Below are positions 29,180 to 37,606 of a stretch of 64,000 nucleotides of DNA, one piece after another. Positions within the stretch are counted from its first letter, which is position 1; the number at the start of each line of letters is the position of its first letter. The DNA lies in IMG/VR virus record IMGVR_UViG_3300033146_002768, positions 1-64,000 of that record; one strand, written 5' to 3'. A program made the translations under genes and the position numbers. The notes beneath the pieces were generated by a model. The model saw only the letters and a list, made by a program, of their open reading frames with translations, was not told the DNA's origin and made no database searches.

Positions 29180-30168
29180 AAATAATCTTTACAGCAGATT
29201 TACATTTCAGTTTATATTCTCAAGATACTATTATAGAAGGTATACCAAGGAGATTATATTATTTAATAAAAATTCTTACTGATATATGTCAATATGCCAT
29301 TAAAAATAAAATATTCAATATAGGAATTGCTGGAGATACTTTGCATAATAAAAGTATTATTCATGCAGTTGCTTTTGGAATGTTATTAGATTTAATTAGA
29401 AGATTCCCTGAGATTACTTTTTATATAATTGATGGTAATCATGATGTTTCAAGTAAGTCTGGTGATGGAGTATCTGCTTTAAAGGGATTTGATAATGAAC
29501 CAAATGTTATAATGATTCATACCGAAACTCAAATTCAAAATATAGCATTTATTCCATGGAATCCTAAAACAATGAAACAAGAAATTAAAAATTCTAAAGC
29601 AGATTATTTAGTTTCTCATTTTGGTTTGAATGAAGCAATGTTAAATTCTGGTATATCAATTGTATCAGATATAGGGTTAAGAGATCTAAAACATTTTAAA
29701 AGATGTTTTATTGGACATTATCATACTCCTCAAGAGGTTGGCAATGTTATCATTCCAGGATCAATCATTCAACTTGATTGGGGTGAGAAAGGTGAAAATA
29801 AAAGATTTGTAATATTTGATTCCGATACAAATGAAGTTGAGTTTGTTGAAATTGAAGGATATCAAAAACATATAGAAGTTGAAATTAATGAAAATAATCT
29901 TTCTGAAGTTTTAAAAGCAGCAAAGAAATATAGAAAGGAAGGTCATTTTGTAAAACTATTGAAGGTTGAAAATGTTGATACTTCTGAGATTGAAAAAGAT
30001 TTTCATATAGTTGATAAAACCGTTAAAGATATAACTAATCGTGGGATTGATAGTTCAATGTCACTTGAAGACAAGTTAGAAGCTTATTTAAAAATTAAAA
30101 ATATTCCATTAAATAAGCATGGTGAATATATTTTAGAAGCAAAAAAAATAATTGATGCAATAGCATAA
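29176..30168 (+). CDS. Mre11/SbcD-like metallophosphoesterase nuclease
   Basis: DLH, AGD, GNHD, SH, GHYH. Confidence 0.9.
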   Translation: MKIIFTADLHFSLYSQDTIIEGIPRRLYYLIKILTDICQYAIKNKIFNIGIAGDTLHNKSIIHAVAFGMLLDLIRRFPEITFYIIDGNHDVSSKSGDGVSALKGFDNEPNVIMIHTETQIQNIAFIPWNPKTMKQEIKNSKADYLVSHFGLNEAMLNSGISIVSDIGLRDLKHFKRCFIGHYHTPQEVGNVIIPGSIIQLDWGEKGENKRFVIFDSDTNEVEFVEIEGYQKHIEVEINENNLSEVLKAAKKYRKEGHFVKLLKVENVDTSEIEKDFHIVDKTVKDITNRGIDSSMSLEDKLEAYLKIKNIPLNKHGEYILEAKKIIDAIA

Positions 30169-30177
30169 GGAGATGAT

Positions 30178-30477
30178 ATGGCTGAAGTAAGTTTAGGTGG
30201 GAAACCAAAGAATGAAGAACCAGCAAAAGAGAAAATGATTTATTTGAATATCCCAACTGCAGTATTGATGATTATTGAACTAGGTGATTCAAAAAATATT
30301 AAAAAGTTTGCTGATCCAATAGTTAAAACTATTAAAGATTCAATGACTAATAAAGAGTTAAGAAAACTCTTATGTCAAATGTTTGGAGTTAAAACAGCAA
30401 AGAAATTTAAAAAATTCAAACTCCAGGAATTTAATGTTTTAACTAATATATTTGGAGATGTTTGGGGTCTAAGATGA
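30178..30477 (+). CDS. Hypothetical protein
   Basis: ORF with AAGGAG RBS. Confidence 0.6.
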   Translation: MAEVSLGGKPKNEEPAKEKMIYLNIPTAVLMIIELGDSKNIKKFADPIVKTIKDSMTNKELRKLLCQMFGVKTAKKFKKFKLQEFNVLTNIFGDVWGLR

Positions 30478-32660
30478 AAATTGTAGAATTTTTAGAACAA
30501 GGACTTGAGAATTTTTGTAACCATCAAGAACCTGTTATTATAAATTTTTCTAAAGGTTCCATTACAATGATTACTGGTCCAAACGGTATAGGAAAAACAT
30601 CCATCTTTCAAGCAATTCCTTTTACATTATATGGACAATGTGAAAAGGGTAGAGGTGATGATGTTTTAAATAATAAAGCAGGTAAGAATTGTCATACTTG
30701 GACAATATTTACTATTGATGATGTTAGATATAGAGTTGATAGATATGTTAAATATACAAGGTTAGGCAATTTAGTAACTATAACTCGAGGTACAGATACT
30801 AAACCTTATTTAAAAGGACATAAAGAAGTCTTACCTGAGATTGAAAAACTATTGATGCCTTACAAATTATTTATCAATACTCTACTATTCTCTCAAAAAG
30901 TTAAAACATTCTTTACAGATCTTGCAGATTCAGAACAAAAAGAAATCTTTAGAAAGATATTAACTTTAGATGATTTTGTTTTATATATGCAACAATGTGG
31001 TTTTGAATTAAAAGAAATTGAAAAGATTATTCAAGATATAAATCAAAACATTGGGATTAATAAAGGTCTTTTAGAATCAGCACAAACTCGATTAAAAGAA
31101 AGTCTTGAATATGAAAAGATTTTTAATAAAAATCGAGAAGAGAGAATGTATAGTGCACAAACACAAGTTGGTATACATGAAGAAAGAATACTTCTTCATC
31201 TTAGTAAACAAAAAGATTTGCCAAAAGATACCTCAGCAGAACAACAAACCGTTTCAAATAAAATAAGTGTATTAAGGAATAATTTAGATAACTTAGATGA
31301 ATTATATTCAGACAAAACTGAAAAATTATATAATCTAAGTAAGTTAAAGATATCTGAATTAGAGAATCAAAGTCTTGAATTAGCTACTGTATCAACCTCT
31401 GAATTAAATGAAAAAATAACTTTAGTGAAAGAGGAATATGATATCAGAATTAAGAAAAATGATGAACAACTCAACTTAGTTAAAGATAAAAAAAGAATGT
31501 TAGAGATTGAATCAACAAAACTTAATTCTCAAATAGATTTTCTTGAAACTGAAATAGTTAATCTTGATATAGGGGATATTAAAATTTGCCCTACTTGTTT
31601 AAGAACTGTTGATGATTCATGTATTAAACATCTTGAAAATTTAGTGCAAGATAAAGTTGATGAATCTGGATCTTTAAGAACAAGTGTCATAGAGATATCA
31701 AAAGAGTTTCAAGATTTAACAATCAAAGAAACTTCTTGGAATGAGATTAATAAAAAAGATTATAACAAACGCAATGAAATAATCAAAACACTCCAAGAAG
31801 AAAATCAAAGAACAACTGCTCAATTTAGTGAGAGAAAGAACATTGCTATAAATAAAGTTAATGAAATGGTTAAAGTTAATTCTCGAGTAATTGCCAAAGA
31901 AAGAAATCAAGAAAGTGAAGATATGCTATTAGAATCTTCAAGTTTAGATTTTGATTTAAAACAGTTAGTTGAAACTCAAAATGAAATTGATAAATATAAC
32001 AAAAATTTAACTGAATTACAATCACTTCTTGATGGACATAAAACTGAATTACAACAAGCAGAAGAACTTATTTATGATATATCTTCAATTGAAAGTTGTA
32101 AAGAAGAAATCAAGGTAGCTAAAAATGTTATTAAGAAAGCTTTAAAAGAAAGAACTGAACATGATTTAAGGATGGAAATTATAAAGTTCTGGAAAGTTGG
32201 GTTTTCTTCTGCAGGTATTCAGAGTATGTTGATTGATGAAGCAATACCTTTTATGAATAAAAGAATATCTTATTACATGGGACTTATCTCTGGCGGAAGA
32301 TATACAGTTACTTTTGATACATTGAAAGCAACTAAAAATCAAAAAGAGTTTAGAGATAAAATATCTGTATCTGTATTTGATAATATTACACATTCAGATA
32401 AGAGAGTTAAATTCTCTGGTGGGCAAACAAGGTTGGTTGATATTGGGACTATCTTAACATTATCAGACTTAATGGCTAATGTTCAAGATGTAAGTTTTAA
32501 TATAATATTATTTGATGAAATCTTTGATTCTCTCGATGGAGAAAACATAAGATATGCATCAAATTTATTAAGATTAACTGCTAAAGAAAAGTGGGTAGGG
32601 ATAATATCACATACTAAAATTGATGATATTGAAGCGGATGAAGTCTTAGAATTTAGATAG
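30474..32660 (+). CDS. Rad50/SbcC-like SMC ATPase
   Basis: GPNGIGKT, coiled coil, CPTC zinc hook, FSGGQ, FDE.FDSLD, ISH. Confidence 0.92.
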   Translation: MKIVEFLEQGLENFCNHQEPVIINFSKGSITMITGPNGIGKTSIFQAIPFTLYGQCEKGRGDDVLNNKAGKNCHTWTIFTIDDVRYRVDRYVKYTRLGNLVTITRGTDTKPYLKGHKEVLPEIEKLLMPYKLFINTLLFSQKVKTFFTDLADSEQKEIFRKILTLDDFVLYMQQCGFELKEIEKIIQDINQNIGINKGLLESAQTRLKESLEYEKIFNKNREERMYSAQTQVGIHEERILLHLSKQKDLPKDTSAEQQTVSNKISVLRNNLDNLDELYSDKTEKLYNLSKLKISELENQSLELATVSTSELNEKITLVKEEYDIRIKKNDEQLNLVKDKKRMLEIESTKLNSQIDFLETEIVNLDIGDIKICPTCLRTVDDSCIKHLENLVQDKVDESGSLRTSVIEISKEFQDLTIKETSWNEINKKDYNKRNEIIKTLQEENQRTTAQFSERKNIAINKVNEMVKVNSRVIAKERNQESEDMLLESSSLDFDLKQLVETQNEIDKYNKNLTELQSLLDGHKTELQQAEELIYDISSIESCKEEIKVAKNVIKKALKERTEHDLRMEIIKFWKVGFSSAGIQSMLIDEAIPFMNKRISYYMGLISGGRYTVTFDTLKATKNQKEFRDKISVSVFDNITHSDKRVKFSGGQTRLVDIGTILTLSDLMANVQDVSFNIILFDEIFDSLDGENIRYASNLLRLTAKEKWVGIISHTKIDDIEADEVLEFR

Positions 32661-32671
32661 AAAGGAAATAA

Positions 32672-33025
32672 ATGACTAAAGTAGAAATATTGAAAAAACA
32701 TTATCCATCTATATATTTTCTTCTTGAAAATGCAGAATATAATTCAAATCAAGATATAACAAAATATTTTGGTAAAACTATTATTGTTATTTATGGAGGA
32801 CATGGCGGATATGGATGGAATAAAAGGAAATTAATTGGAGAATCTGAATCTGAGCCTGATTCAGATTATTATATTCTTTCTAGATTTGAAGATGAAAAAG
32901 TATATCAATCTCTTATACATAAAGAAGATTGGTTTTGTAGAATAATTCTTCCCGAAAATTTTGATAAAATGGATGAATATTTTTCAAATTCATCAGTACC
33001 TGTATCACCAATAAGAATAGATTAA
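32672..33025 (+). CDS. Hypothetical protein
   Basis: ORF with AAGGA RBS. Confidence 0.55.
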   Translation: MTKVEILKKHYPSIYFLLENAEYNSNQDITKYFGKTIIVIYGGHGGYGWNKRKLIGESESEPDSDYYILSRFEDEKVYQSLIHKEDWFCRIILPENFDKMDEYFSNSSVPVSPIRID

Positions 33026-33125
33026 TAAAAGAAAGGAGAATAAAATGGGATGGTATGGAGATTCTAATAAATGTAGAGAAGAAGTTGAATGTAAAAGAAT
33101 ATTAACTGTGAATAAGGAATAAAAA

Positions 33126-33566
33126 ATGAAAAAGATTATAGCATTAACAATAATATTAGTATTTTGTTTAACATCAATTAGTTTTGCCGGCGGCGGAAGA
33201 AAAATAGCTGAAATCACCCTTAAAGGATTAATGTTTAAAGATAAAATTAATGTTTTGGTTTTCCAAGATCCTGACATGCCCTTTATTTCAATTTATCTAA
33301 CTCATATTAAAGCAGGTGGATTTGCATTAGCTGATCCATCTAACAATAGTATTGCTACTAGATTAACTGGACAGTTAGGAAAAATTGTAACTAAATCAAA
33401 TCCAGCAGTAATAAATCTAAAGAAATCAATAGGTTGGAAAACATTAAAGATTGCAAGATTTTATGATGAACCAAATAATACAATGATTTATGTAACTTAT
33501 TCAACAAAAATTATTGAAGGTTCATTAAAACATTCAATGTCTGTTGTACCTTTGGGGGTCGAGTAA
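33126..33566 (+). CDS. creA: CreA-family exported protein
   Basis: Signal peptide; F.DPD, DPS..SIA.R.TG, WKTLKI.R.YD....+Y..YS.K+.EGS...S.S.VP. Confidence 0.7.
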   Translation: MKKIIALTIILVFCLTSISFAGGGRKIAEITLKGLMFKDKINVLVFQDPDMPFISIYLTHIKAGGFALADPSNNSIATRLTGQLGKIVTKSNPAVINLKKSIGWKTLKIARFYDEPNNTMIYVTYSTKIIEGSLKHSMSVVPLGVE

Positions 33567-33889
33567 TGTCTTTAAATAAACATTGGAATATCAGAACTTC
33601 TTCTGTTGATTGTCAAGCAAGAGATGTTGGATGTTGTAGTGATCATAGAAGAATGAAGGATGCTAAATTTGGCATTCCTCATATAAAATGTAGTCAAGAA
33701 AATTGTCCTACAAAAATTCCTATTGATAAGATGTTAGAATTTTTTAAAGAGCTTGTTTATGATAGATTTTTAAAAGAAGGCAATTGGTCAGAATTAGATA
33801 ATCCTCATTTTATAAATTCTGAAGCAGAAGAACTTTTAACTAAATTTATTGATAAATGTCAGGAGGGTCAGGCAAAATGGGTTATTTAG
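33566..33889 (+). CDS. Hypothetical Cys-containing protein
   Basis: Coupled ORF. Confidence 0.55.
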   Translation: MSLNKHWNIRTSSVDCQARDVGCCSDHRRMKDAKFGIPHIKCSQENCPTKIPIDKMLEFFKELVYDRFLKEGNWSELDNPHFINSEAEELLTKFIDKCQEGQAKWVI

Positions 33890-34140
33890 TTACTACACAA
33901 AACCCTTGTCCAAATTGTAATAATTTAAGTGCATTAAAAAGAGTTTCTGAAAATGGAAATACTTTATTAGTATGTCAAGAATGTGGATTGAAATTGTTTG
34001 CTGAAAAAAGAACAATTGTATTAGATTCATATATTGATAAAAGTATTATTGGAAAACCTTTTAATATATTCGGTAAAGAGTTATTTGACCCAACAAATGA
34101 TACCGAAGTAATAGCAAAGGAGAGTATTCTTTATGGATAA
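33877..34140 (+). CDS. Zinc-ribbon protein
   Basis: CPNC...CQECG; GGAGG RBS before ATG 33877. Confidence 0.6.
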   Translation: MGYLVTTQNPCPNCNNLSALKRVSENGNTLLVCQECGLKLFAEKRTIVLDSYIDKSIIGKPFNIFGKELFDPTNDTEVIAKESILYG

Positions 34141-34300
34141 AGTACCGTGTGATACATGTGGGGGATTAGTTGAATTATCTGGCAAATCAACCTCAGTTAA
34201 TATGTGTAATGTATGTTATTCTAGCATTGTGTCTTATGAATTACAATGTGAAAAAGAAGAGAATGAATTTACAGAACGTATAGAAGAGGGGACTGGATGA
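34133..34300 (+). CDS. Small zinc-ribbon protein (not in track)
   Basis: MDKVPCDTCGG...MCNVC, 55 aa; AAGGAG RBS; stop overlaps the next ATG. Confidence 0.55.
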   Translation: MDKVPCDTCGGLVELSGKSTSVNMCNVCYSSIVSYELQCEKEENEFTERIEEGTG

Positions 34301-34826
34301 AAAATATAATTATAAGTTTAATTGTAATATTTATTATGGTTAGTAATGTACAAGCAGCAGATTGTCTTTCTATAGGTGCTGGAAAAAGTGCTGGTATAAA
34401 AAAGACAGAAGATCATAAGAAAAATTTAAGTAAAGCTCATATGGGTAAAAAATTATCAGATGAACATAAAAAGAGTATAGGCGAATCATGTAAAGGTATA
34501 CTTGTTGGATCAAAGAACCCAATGTTTGGTAAGACTCATTCTCCAGAAGCTATTGAAAAAATGAGAGAAGCAAATCTTGGAGAAAATAATTATGGTTGGA
34601 AAGGTGGTAAAGGTACATATTTACATCAAAAAGCATGGGAAAAATTTGGTGTAGAATATTGTGAACATTGTGTGGTATAACCTTATTAGAATATAAACAA
34701 AATAATAAATGTAGACTTGAAATGCATTGCACATCTAATCCTAAAGATTATACTATATTGGAAAAATCTAACTGGATGTGTTTATGTAAAAAATGCCATA
34801 AAAAGGAGGAAAAAATTGAAAAATAA
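34297..34826 (+). pseudogene. NUMOD3/HNH-like endonuclease with an N-terminal signal peptide, frameshifted near 34670
   Basis: NUMOD3 repeats (GSKNPMFGKTHS). Removing 2 nt from TGTGTGG restores CEHCGITL...LEMHC...NWMCLCKKCH to TAA 34824-34826. Confidence 0.6.
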
Positions 34827-35865
34827 AATACAGATAATTTCATGGCTGCTGACCAGGCGCTGTAACTTATCTTGTGATTATTGTGCAATTGTAAAAGATT
34901 ATAAAAATAAACCTCAAAGTTATCCAGACATGAAACATTATTTTGAAAAGGAGATGAACTCAGAGTATGTAATTAAAACTTTAAGAAGAATTAAAAATCA
35001 TAATCCTGATGCTTTCCATATTTTTTATGGAGGTGAACCCTTACTCAGGAAAGACTTAGCGGATATTATTAACTTTTGTAATATTGCTAAAATTCATTAT
35101 ACAATCATTACAAATAATTCTGATGATATTCAAAAATTAATCGAAGAACTATTAGAAAATGTTGAGTATATTGAAGGTATAACATCATCAGTTGATCCTT
35201 TAATTATGGATAAAACTGCTGATAAGTCGAGTGATAGATATAAAAAATGTGTTGCTGGGCTTGAAAGGTTGCAAGGGTTTAAAGGTAAGATAAAAGATAT
35301 TGTTGCAGAGATAACAGTTGATAATAGCAACTTTCAATATTTATATGATTTAGTTAAAATGCTCACTGATATGGGGATTAACAGTGATATAACTACAGTT
35401 GATATTGCAAAGAATAATTATTATGATTTTTCAAATATTAGAAGTAATAAGAACGCTGACTTAGTTCCGAAGTTGCCAAGCACTATGGCAATGTTTCAAA
35501 AGATTATTAATGATAAATTAAATGTTCATATGGCTGAGACATTATTACCTCAGATATATGATATTCTACCAGCAGAATTAGATTGTGAATTAGAAAAAAA
35601 TATTCATAATATGACTATTGATGCTGATGGAAGCATGCGCATGTGTTTGAGAATTCGTGGAGTATTAACTCCTAACATGAAAGCATATGATTGCATTATG
35701 GATAATGGAGAATTGCACCCAATATTCAAAGAATTAATTAGTATTGACAAAAGAAATTATTGTTTGGGGTGCAATTGGAGTTGTCCAATTATGAGCCGTT
35801 TATTATTAAAAGGAGAAGATAATGTTGAATCTTTAGTCCATTATGAAACAAGAAATAAAAAATAA
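34816..35865 (+). CDS. Radical SAM protein
   Basis: AGGAGG RBS before TTG 34816; CNLSCDYC, GGEP, C-terminal Cys cluster (CLGCNWSC). Confidence 0.88.
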   Translation: MKNKIQIISWLLTRRCNLSCDYCAIVKDYKNKPQSYPDMKHYFEKEMNSEYVIKTLRRIKNHNPDAFHIFYGGEPLLRKDLADIINFCNIAKIHYTIITNNSDDIQKLIEELLENVEYIEGITSSVDPLIMDKTADKSSDRYKKCVAGLERLQGFKGKIKDIVAEITVDNSNFQYLYDLVKMLTDMGINSDITTVDIAKNNYYDFSNIRSNKNADLVPKLPSTMAMFQKIINDKLNVHMAETLLPQIYDILPAELDCELEKNIHNMTIDADGSMRMCLRIRGVLTPNMKAYDCIMDNGELHPIFKELISIDKRNYCLGCNWSCPIMSRLLLKGEDNVESLVHYETRNKK

Positions 35866-36826
35866 ATATTATGTTTATGTTTACTTAAATCCATTTAAAC
35901 CTGGTTCATATGAATATTCTAATTATAAATTTTCATATGAACCATTTTATATTGGGAAAGGGTGTGGGAAAAGATTATATGATCATTTAAAAATTGATAA
36001 ATGCAATATTATAAAAAATGAAATAATAGAAGAATTATTAGAATACAATAATCCTCCTATTATTATAAAATTTAAAAAATATTTAGATGAAGCAGAAGCA
36101 TATTCTATAGAAAAAGATATGATTAATATTATAGGTAGAATTATTAATTCAACTGGTCCATTGTCTAATATTCAACCAGGAGGTAATGGGTTTAAAGGTT
36201 GGTTCATAACTGAAAATTGGTTAAAAAGAAATCGTGAAGGAATAAAAAAACGATGGTTAAAAAAAGAAAATCATATTAATCTTAGTAAATCTTTAAAAAA
36301 AGCTTTTCGTTGTAAAAAAGTTAGAAAAAAAATGAGTGAATTAATGAAACTTGAATGGAAAGATCCTATTAAAAGAGAAAAAAGAATAAAATCCCAAAAT
36401 ACTGAATATGTAAAAAATAAAAAAAGTATAGCTTCCATTAAAAAAAATAGTTTAACTTGGATATTAATTAGTCCTAAAGGTAAAAGATATAAAACAAATA
36501 GATTAAAAATATTTTGTAAAAAATTTAATCTATCAGTTGAACCTTTACAAAGAGTAGCTATGGCTAAACAATTACATCATAAAAAATGGATTTGTTTTAA
36601 ATATGGAAAAGAATATGAAACAATATGGCTATTAACTTTATTAAGATTAAAAAAAATATTAACTGAAATAAACAGAAGGAGAAAATTAGCAATTACTTCC
36701 ACAGGTAGAATTAAAACTATCGAAGAAAAGAATAAAATAGGTTCTTCAACTAAACAAAGATATATTAAATTAAAGAAGGAGACTTCAAATGAAGGAAGAT
36801 CTAAAAAAAGTATGTCAGAATTGTAA
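35843..36826 (+). CDS. GIY-YIG-type homing endonuclease
   Basis: YYVY...PFYIGKG...R...H; E..A..IE...I...G...GPLSN...GG. Confidence 0.8.
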   Translation: MKQEIKNKYYVYVYLNPFKPGSYEYSNYKFSYEPFYIGKGCGKRLYDHLKIDKCNIIKNEIIEELLEYNNPPIIIKFKKYLDEAEAYSIEKDMINIIGRIINSTGPLSNIQPGGNGFKGWFITENWLKRNREGIKKRWLKKENHINLSKSLKKAFRCKKVRKKMSELMKLEWKDPIKREKRIKSQNTEYVKNKKSIASIKKNSLTWILISPKGKRYKTNRLKIFCKKFNLSVEPLQRVAMAKQLHHKKWICFKYGKEYETIWLLTLLRLKKILTEINRRRKLAITSTGRIKTIEEKNKIGSSTKQRYIKLKKETSNEGRSKKSMSEL

Positions 36827-36914
36827 AAGACACAAAAACAATCCCTCAAAATGTAATCTTAAAAATGAATTTGTAGGTAGAAAAAACACCTGCAATGATT
36901 TTAAATCAAAGTAA
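36789..36914 (+). CDS. Small four-Cys protein (not in track)
   Basis: AAGGAG RBS; MKEDLKKVCQNC...C...TCNDF, 41 aa. Confidence 0.5.
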   Translation: MKEDLKKVCQNCKRHKNNPSKCNLKNEFVGRKNTCNDFKSK

Positions 36915-36923
36915 GGAGACATT

Positions 36924-37232
36924 ATGGCAGAAGACAATGTATTATCAAGCGCCATTGACTTTTATCAAAAGATAAAAGCAGAGGATGAGGTTAGGATAAA
37001 ATTTAGAAAGTTAAGTGGTGAAGAAAGAATTATGAGATGCACCTTAGATTTTTCTAAAGTTCCAAATAATAAAAAACCTAAGGATGTAAATATAGGTAAA
37101 ATTCTAAAACTTGTCCAGGATCATAAGATGGTTCATGTATTTGATCTTGATATAGGTGATTGGAGAACTGTACCATTTGATAGAAGTGAATGGTTAGAAA
37201 CCGATACAGCAAGATTTAGAATAAAGAAATAA
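36924..37232 (+). CDS. WYL_2/SH3-like phage protein
   Basis: F.K.SGE.R.M.CTL ... V.VFDLD...WR. Confidence 0.7.
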   Translation: MAEDNVLSSAIDFYQKIKAEDEVRIKFRKLSGEERIMRCTLDFSKVPNNKKPKDVNIGKILKLVQDHKMVHVFDLDIGDWRTVPFDRSEWLETDTARFRIKK

Positions 37233-37242
37233 AGGAGATCTA

Positions 37243-37602
37243 ATGTCAATTTTAAAAGATCTATTAAAGGAAGTTAAATCATTAAAATTAGATGAACAAC
37301 TTAGAGTTATTTGTGATGAAATTTTTAAAGAAGAGGTTCCTGATCCTGATGAATATGAAGGACCACAGGGAGCAAATATCTTTTTGTCAATTCCAGTTGT
37401 TATACCTCAAAATAAAAAACATGCACATTTTATTTGTTTAGAGAGGGAAGCTGCTGGAGCTTATATTGTTTCTTATTGGAGTAATTTAATTACTACAGAA
37501 GCACCTCCAAAAAGACATAAGGCATGGGACATAAAAAATGATGATCCACAAAAAATTTTAAAGGAGTTTGTCGAAAGACTACAATTTTTGAAAGGAGAAT
37601 AA
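37243..37602 (+). CDS. Hypothetical protein
   Basis: ORF with AAGGAG RBS. Confidence 0.6.
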   Translation: MSILKDLLKEVKSLKLDEQLRVICDEIFKEEVPDPDEYEGPQGANIFLSIPVVIPQNKKHAHFICLEREAAGAYIVSYWSNLITTEAPPKRHKAWDIKNDDPQKILKEFVERLQFLKGE

Positions 37603-37606
37603 AACT

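Noticed and set aside
33045-33122. 25-codon ORF MGWYGDSNKC... with a good RBS
   Set aside because: Too short to support as a gene; possibly a remnant.
34816-35865. Calling this radical SAM QueE
   Set aside because: It is longer than QueE, lacks the QueE N-terminal QGEG and CDT signatures, and has an extra C-terminal Cys cluster.
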